Part shown: positions 48,392 to 53,344 of the stretch, in pieces
Position numbering within the stretch: position 1 is the first letter of the stretch
Layout: each line of letters starts with the position of its first letter
Origin: an uncultured Verrucomicrobiota bacterium
GTDB lineage: Bacteria; Verrucomicrobiota; Verrucomicrobiia; Limisphaerales; UBA1100
Assembly (NCBI GenBank): GCA_964616045.1
Contig: CAZTTU010000005.1
Coordinates: forward strand, 1-53,344
DNA: 53,344 nt
Direction of reading: 5' to 3'
The notes under the pieces: model-generated
Told to the model about the DNA's origin: nothing
Seen by the model: only the letters and a program-made list of their open reading frames with translations
Databases searched by the model: none
Position numbers and translations under genes: made by a program

Positions 48392-49917
48392 GGGCTTGCC
48401 TGTATATCAACGACAATTCCGTTTTGGATGCCAAAACGGACCTTTGTCATGGTGCCACCGCCGGCAATATTGCGCACTGTCATGTTTTTGTAAATCCAAT
48501 AAATACCGTCCTTTTCGTCCGGCGCACCAAAAGCCGTCTGGACGGTGGTTTCGGGTTTATTGAGATAAATTTGGTCAATCCGGACAGCTGGCTTGCCGCC
48601 GTTGATGGTCCAAGTTATCAATCTGCCAGCAGGGAGATTGGATGGGGGCGGCAAACCGGGCAAGACAGGATCAGCCTTGCCGGTGCCACCTGATCCTGGC
48701 CTTGTACTTGGAAACCCACCGGGATTGCCACCCGGAACAGGTAGACCTACCGTACTTGGGTTACCTCCTCCTCCTGGAAAAGCACCGGGATTACCCCCGG
48801 CAACCCCCACGTTAGGAAAGGCATTCTGCAATTGCTCAAGCTGCAAAGCCAAACCACTGAACCCTCCCATGGCAGCTTGCAACAGATTCTCCGGAGTTTC
48901 CTGTTTGTCTATGGCATCAAGCACTCCGTCCACGGATTTCAGGAAGTTGAGTGTCACTGCCTTTTGCTGCGCAGTCATTGGTTTATCTGCAAGGGATCCC
49001 ATCGGAGCAACCTGCTTGAGCTGGGCAATGAACTGATCAATCCCCATGGCCACCTCCTTGGGCAACCAACGATCCTCAACCTTTACCATGTCCCATTCCT
49101 TTTCCTTGGTCTTGAAATCTGCCGAGCTGAGTTTCATTTTGGCTGTGGTTTCATTGGAGGAAACCACAGTTGCTTCAATTCCCTTAAGCCATTCGCGCAT
49201 CTGGGCCATGTTCTCTGGAGCATCCGGATCGTCATCTTCGGCCAAGGCTAAATTGATCAATTTTTCTAAATCGGGCGAACCCATTAGTTTACTGCCATCT
49301 TCCTCGAGTAACACCCCCAAATCCGGATTTTTCACCCAAGTGGTATCAGAGAATTTGCTATTTACGACGATCTCCAACAGGTTCACCGCGCTATCCCAAT
49401 TCTCGGTAATCTGGGGCATTGGCGAGGCCATCGTATTGGGCCCACTTTGTTGCTCGAAGAAACCATTGCCTGACTGAAGAATGAGGGCTTTTTTGTTTTT
49501 CAGTAGTCCCGTCAGCTTCTGCAGGACTGCGAAAATCTGCTCGTGCACCTCCGAATCCACATTGGTCATGGATTTCTTGAGTTCATCATTAAGAGTTTGT
49601 TGATGCGATGCGGGCAACGCCTCCCACAGAACCTCCGGCTTGTTGTTCGCAACACCGTTAAGTACATACTCGATGGTGCCATCAGGCGTATTCACATCAC
49701 CGCCGTCGCCCATGTGTTTGGCCCACAGATCCGGACCGTATGTTATTCCGGCAAAAACCAGACCTCCAACAATGATCAGGACGCCGGCAAGGATTCCGAT
49801 CAATTTGCCTTTACCAGACTTGGCCGGCGCACCACCCATTTGCATGGGCTGCATTGGCGCACCACCTCCTGACGGAAGAGGGGCGTCTCCGGACGGCGGG
49901 GTTGGGGGATTGCTCAT
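48388..49917 (-). CDS. Membrane-anchored hypothetical protein with Gly/Pro-rich linker
   Basis: Pro-rich N-terminus, one TM, a helical domain, GGNP repeats and a small C-terminal domain (VQTAFGAPD...WIY). Confidence 0.8.
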   Translation of the reverse strand: MSNPPTPPSGDAPLPSGGGAPMQPMQMGGAPAKSGKGKLIGILAGVLIIVGGLVFAGITYGPDLWAKHMGDGGDVNTPDGTIEYVLNGVANNKPEVLWEALPASHQQTLNDELKKSMTNVDSEVHEQIFAVLQKLTGLLKNKKALILQSGNGFFEQQSGPNTMASPMPQITENWDSAVNLLEIVVNSKFSDTTWVKNPDLGVLLEEDGSKLMGSPDLEKLINLALAEDDDPDAPENMAQMREWLKGIEATVVSSNETTAKMKLSSADFKTKEKEWDMVKVEDRWLPKEVAMGIDQFIAQLKQVAPMGSLADKPMTAQQKAVTLNFLKSVDGVLDAIDKQETPENLLQAAMGGFSGLALQLEQLQNAFPNVGVAGGNPGAFPGGGGNPSTVGLPVPGGNPGGFPSTRPGSGGTGKADPVLPGLPPPSNLPAGRLITWTINGGKPAVRIDQIYLNKPETTVQTAFGAPDEKDGIYWIYKNMTVRNIAGGGTMTKVRFGIQNGIVVDIQASP

Positions 49918-50052
49918 GGGATAATCAAAAACATTCAGTGACTAGTTCAACTTTGGAAAATCTAACGAAATCCAAATAGTTTTGTCCAACGGAATATTGG
50001 CGATAACACACACTGGGAACAGGAGCAGTCAGGTTTTTCTCAAGAAGAAACA

Positions 50053-50156
50053 GAAAAGGGGTAGCATACGCTACCCCAGCTCCTCAGGCTGAACAGACCT
50101 CTTTTTTTCCACTTTATTGCAGTTAGTTTTAGAGTCGGTTCTAACCCTTTAGTTAC
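50053..50156 (-). ncRNA. Candidate sigma54-dependent small RNA (~105 nt)
   Basis: Lies between a -24/-12 box (50166-50181) and the terminator GGGGTAGC-GTAT-GCTACCCC-TTTT (50054-50077); no ATG-started ORF. Confidence 0.5.
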
Positions 50157-50165
50157 CTAACACAG

Positions 50166-50181
50166 AGCACAATGCATGCCA
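50166..50181 (-). promoter_or_regulatory. Sigma54 (-24/-12) promoter
   Basis: Minus strand TGGCATGCATTGTGCT, close to the TGGCACG-N4-TTGCW consensus. Confidence 0.65.
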
Positions 50182-50276
50182 GTGCCAACGCATTTTATTC
50201 CTCCAAAAAACCGTTAAAGCTCTTCTTTCCAATATATTAAGGTCTCTATAATGCGTGAAATTTTACTGATCGGCAC

Positions 50277-50304
50277 AAAAAAACACGCGGAAAGTATCCG
50301 CGCG
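50277..50304 (-). terminator. Intrinsic terminator after the cytochrome c gene
   Basis: CGCGCGGA-tactt-TCCGCGTG followed by T7. Confidence 0.7.
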
Positions 50305-50323
50305 TTGATGACCGGGAAAATGC

Positions 50324-51301
50324 CTACTTCTGCTTGGCTCCCTGTTCGATCCAGCGACGAACAAGATCGATAACCGGCTTGGATAGAGAGTCACCTTTCT
50401 TGGGCATACGTTCCTCGTCACTAACGGGCAGGTTGATGAGTTTATAGAATGAGCTTTCATCGGGTTTCTTGGCCGTGATCACCGACTCCCCATCAGCGCC
50501 TTTCTGCAACTCAGCAAAGGTATCTAGCCTGAATTTGCCTTTCGGCTTGTCCTTGCCATGGCACTTCGTGCAGTTCTGTTTTAAAATCGGCAGGACGTCC
50601 TTCTCGAATTTTGGCTCCTTTATGGCTGCATACTTCTCGGCTTCAGCCTTCGCAGCCTTCGCGGCGGCCTCCTTGGCGGCCTTGGTGGACGACGCCCGTT
50701 GCTTCTTCAACCGCGCGATCGTATTCACGCTGCGCAGGTCCTTGTCCACACCGAGGTTGATGGCGAGGTCCTTGTTGCCAGCCTTGGCCATGGCCGCTTG
50801 AAACTCCTTGGCCTTGGCCTCGGTCACCTTCGTCTGCCACAAATATAATGTCTTGAGTTTTTTCAGGTTCTTTAACTTGTCCAGACCCGCGTCGGTCACG
50901 CCGGTCTTGTAAACATTCAAATATTCCAGGTTGACCAAGCCCGCAGCCGTATCCAACGCCTTATCCGTTACCTTTGTCTTCTCCAGATGCAACTTTTTCA
51001 GGCCGGTCAAACCCTTGATCGGTGTCACCCAATCGTCAGTCGCATCCGGGTTCTGGAAGGCGATTTCCACGGCATTTTTCATTTCCGCCAGCACTTTGGC
51101 ATCAGCCACCTCAAAACTTTTCTTTTTCCCAAACATATTCTTGGTGATCGTAACACTGTACTCCTTGGAATCCTTGGCAATGTACAATACCCGACCGCCG
51201 AGCGATTCGATCTTGGCGATCGCAGATTTTTCATCAGCACGAACCAAACTGACCAATGCCAGCAAGGCGAGAGTAAAGGAGAATCTCTTAAGTGATGTCA
51301 T
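50324..51301 (-). CDS. Secreted LRR protein with C-terminal planctomycete-type cytochrome c domain
   Basis: LxxLxLxxTxVTD repeats; FEKDVLPILKQNCTKCHG...RMP...WIEQGA. Confidence 0.9.
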   Translation of the reverse strand: MTSLKRFSFTLALLALVSLVRADEKSAIAKIESLGGRVLYIAKDSKEYSVTITKNMFGKKKSFEVADAKVLAEMKNAVEIAFQNPDATDDWVTPIKGLTGLKKLHLEKTKVTDKALDTAAGLVNLEYLNVYKTGVTDAGLDKLKNLKKLKTLYLWQTKVTEAKAKEFQAAMAKAGNKDLAINLGVDKDLRSVNTIARLKKQRASSTKAAKEAAAKAAKAEAEKYAAIKEPKFEKDVLPILKQNCTKCHGKDKPKGKFRLDTFAELQKGADGESVITAKKPDESSFYKLINLPVSDEERMPKKGDSLSKPVIDLVRRWIEQGAKQK

Positions 51302-51367
51302 GGTGCCTTGAGGCTAGGCACGCCGCTGGAAAATTCAAAGGAGAAAATAACTGTTTAACCATTCTCC

Positions 51368-52381
51368 TCAGCTGCGCCCAGCAGCCTTGAGGAAGGGCTT
51401 GATCTCGCGCATGAGTTTCCTGAAGGCATCCAGTGTAACCTGCTGAGCACCGTCACTCCAGGCCTCAGCTGGATTGGGGTGCACTTCGATGAGCAAGGCA
51501 TCAGCACCCATGGCCACCGCACCTTTGCAGAGTGTGGCAATAAGGTCGGCCCGGCCGCAACCCTGACTGGGATCGACAACCACCGGGCAATGCGACTCCT
51601 GTTTCACCGCGGGAATCGCCGAAAGATCCAGTGTGTTGCGCGTATAGTCTTCAAACGTGCGAATGCCACGCTCACAGAACATCAACCCGGGGTTCTCATT
51701 GGCCAAAATATATTCGCCGGCCAGCAGCCACTCCTCAATCCGCATGGACATGCCTCGCTTGAGCAGAACCGGCTTGCCCGTGCGCGCGGCAGCAATGAGG
51801 AGCTGAAAATTCTGCGCGTTGCGGGTGCCGATCTGGAGAATATCTGCATACTCGGCCACGAGGTCGACCTGATTCTGTGAAAGCAGCTCAGTGATAATTG
51901 GCATACCGGTCTCCGCACGCGCCTTGGCCAGCAGTTTGAGGCCCTGCTCGCCGAGTCCCTGGAATTCATAGGGCGAGGTGCGCGGCTTAAATGCCCCGCC
52001 ACGCAGGATCGTCGCGCCTGCCTTGCGTACGGAGTGGGCGGTTTCCATGAGCTGCTTCTCGTTCTCCACCGAGCAGGGCCCAGCCATCACGTGAAATTTC
52101 TTTCCACCAATCACGCGCTTCCCCACCTTGACGGTGGAGTTTTTCCCGTGCGCCTCACGACTCACGAGACGGAATCGTTTCTGGATAGGCATCACTTTCT
52201 CCACCTGCGACCACGATGAGAGCGTCTCCAGCGATGGATTTTTCTTTTCATCACCAATGGCGCCAATCACCGTATGCGCCACCCCGCGCATCACGTGCGG
52301 CTCATAGCCTAGCTTCCTGATTTCGCGCAGCACACTATTCTCCTGGCGCTTCGTGATCCGGGGTTTGAGGACGATGATCAT
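51368..52381 (-). CDS. aroF: DAHP synthase, class I-beta with N-terminal regulatory domain
   Basis: AGPCSVE, RGGAFKPRTSPY, LLKRG, CERGIRTF and EVHPNP. Likely start MIIVLKP. Confidence 0.93.
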   Translation of the reverse strand: MIIVLKPRITKRQENSVLREIRKLGYEPHVMRGVAHTVIGAIGDEKKNPSLETLSSWSQVEKVMPIQKRFRLVSREAHGKNSTVKVGKRVIGGKKFHVMAGPCSVENEKQLMETAHSVRKAGATILRGGAFKPRTSPYEFQGLGEQGLKLLAKARAETGMPIITELLSQNQVDLVAEYADILQIGTRNAQNFQLLIAAARTGKPVLLKRGMSMRIEEWLLAGEYILANENPGLMFCERGIRTFEDYTRNTLDLSAIPAVKQESHCPVVVDPSQGCGRADLIATLCKGAVAMGADALLIEVHPNPAEAWSDGAQQVTLDAFRKLMREIKPFLKAAGRS

Positions 52382-52490
52382 AAAAAAACGAAACCTAATG
52401 GCCTTGCGCAGACCGGTCAATCTCCATCGGGTTAGCTCATGTCGTGCTCAAGCTTGCCTTTATCCATTATTGCGCCCTACTCTCTGCTCC

Positions 52491-53024
52491 ATGAAAAACA
52501 TCATTTACTATACTGCCCTACTGCTAACTACTTTGAGCCTATCGGCCGTCGAGCCAGCGTTGGAAGGCAGCCGTGTACGCGAGGCCCTCGATGCCTTGCA
52601 AGGCAAACCCGCCCCCGAGTTACAGCTTAAGGGCTGGCTCAATTCCAAGGCGCTTGACCTCAATCAACTCAAGGGCAAAATCGTAGTCCTCGATTTCTGG
52701 GCCACCTGGTGCGGTCCATGCATTGCATCCATCCCACACACCAATGAGCTTATGGGAAAATATGCCAACAAGGGCGTGGTAATAATCGGCGTATGCGCCC
52801 AACGCGGAGCAGAGAAAATCGAAGCCACCGTGAAGGATCGAGGCATCCAGTACCCCGTTGCCATTGACCAAGGCACCAATGCCGCCTACAAGGCCAACAG
52901 CTACCCAGACTACTACATCATTGATCGCAAGGGCGTACTGCGCTGGGCGGATATCGTGAATAGAGACGTGGAAAAGGCCATCAAGCACCTTTTGGCCGAA
53001 AACCCGGAGACATCCTCCAAATAA
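52491..53024 (+). CDS. TlpA-family thiol-disulfide oxidoreductase
   Basis: Signal peptide; LKGKIVVLDFWATWCGPC and YP..YIIDRKG. Confidence 0.9.
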   Translation: MKNIIYYTALLLTTLSLSAVEPALEGSRVREALDALQGKPAPELQLKGWLNSKALDLNQLKGKIVVLDFWATWCGPCIASIPHTNELMGKYANKGVVIIGVCAQRGAEKIEATVKDRGIQYPVAIDQGTNAAYKANSYPDYYIIDRKGVLRWADIVNRDVEKAIKHLLAENPETSSK

Positions 53025-53083
53025 TTGCCCGATAAACCAATCCACTTGGGGGGCCGGATAATGGTTCGCGCGCCTGACAGGGC

Positions 53084-53344
53084 AAAAAAATCACCGCCCT
53101 AAAGCGAACCGAGGTTCACCGTAGGGCGGCTACCAATCCTTTTCAAGGGGCTCCCTTTCGAGAGTACTATCAAGGTCTATGCCTTTGGTGCGGCAACAAT
53201 CATCCAGCCCCACAACTTTCCCGAAAGAAAGCCAACCCGCAAACCCGAAGGTCATTAGGCCTAGGTGAAAACTTCTCCCCGAGGGGTTCAGTTTCCGTGG
53301 CCGGTTGATCGACCGAGCGATTCCGAAGATCCGCTCAACGCGAT
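53084..53344 (-). ncRNA. 3' portion of a highly structured non-coding RNA (truncated by the window edge)
   Basis: Six hairpins on the minus strand capped by UUCG (x3), CUCG (x2) and GAAA tetraloops. The last is followed by a U7 tract. No ORF is called here. Confidence 0.7.

Noticed and set aside
50284-50304. GCG-N9-CGC palindrome with the same spacing as the pilin enhancer
   Set aside because: Better explained as the terminator stem of the upstream cytochrome c gene, since it is followed by T7.
1-53344. CRISPR arrays, IS elements, prophage genes, rRNA
   Set aside because: No regularly spaced repeats, transposase, intact integrase, phage structural gene or rRNA signature seen.

Overview
Bacterial chromosome fragment, most consistent with Verrucomicrobiota (PVC superphylum). 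The basis is a DUF1549/1553-DUF1501 pair, a planctomycete-type cytochrome c, GYF_2 membrane proteins and a family of N-methyl-Phe prepilin-like genes. The housekeeping backbone comprises the glnS 5' end, trmL, truA, ruvX, hemL, nadE, rnpB, guaA, tRNA-Val(TAC), aroF and a TlpA-family thioredoxin. Six features stand out. (1) A SAM-I riboswitch-controlled ThrC-like/sulfur-carrier/NIL operon. (2) A ~16 kb operon with one ExbB, two ExbD, a GYF membrane protein, a DUF4159 protein and three secreted TPR proteins (one of 2656 aa with Ig-like repeats and nested sugar-binding-like domains), with no recognisable TonB or receptor. (3) An ECF sigma/Ser-Thr kinase module next to the tRNA. (4) A tandemly duplicated cassette: enhancer palindrome, sigma54 promoter, pilin-like gene and a convergent acidic lipoprotein. 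(5) A candidate sigma54-dependent ~105 nt sRNA. (6) At the right edge, the 3' part of a highly structured, tetraloop-rich non-coding RNA on the minus strand. All family assignments are by motif recognition by eye; no searches were run.
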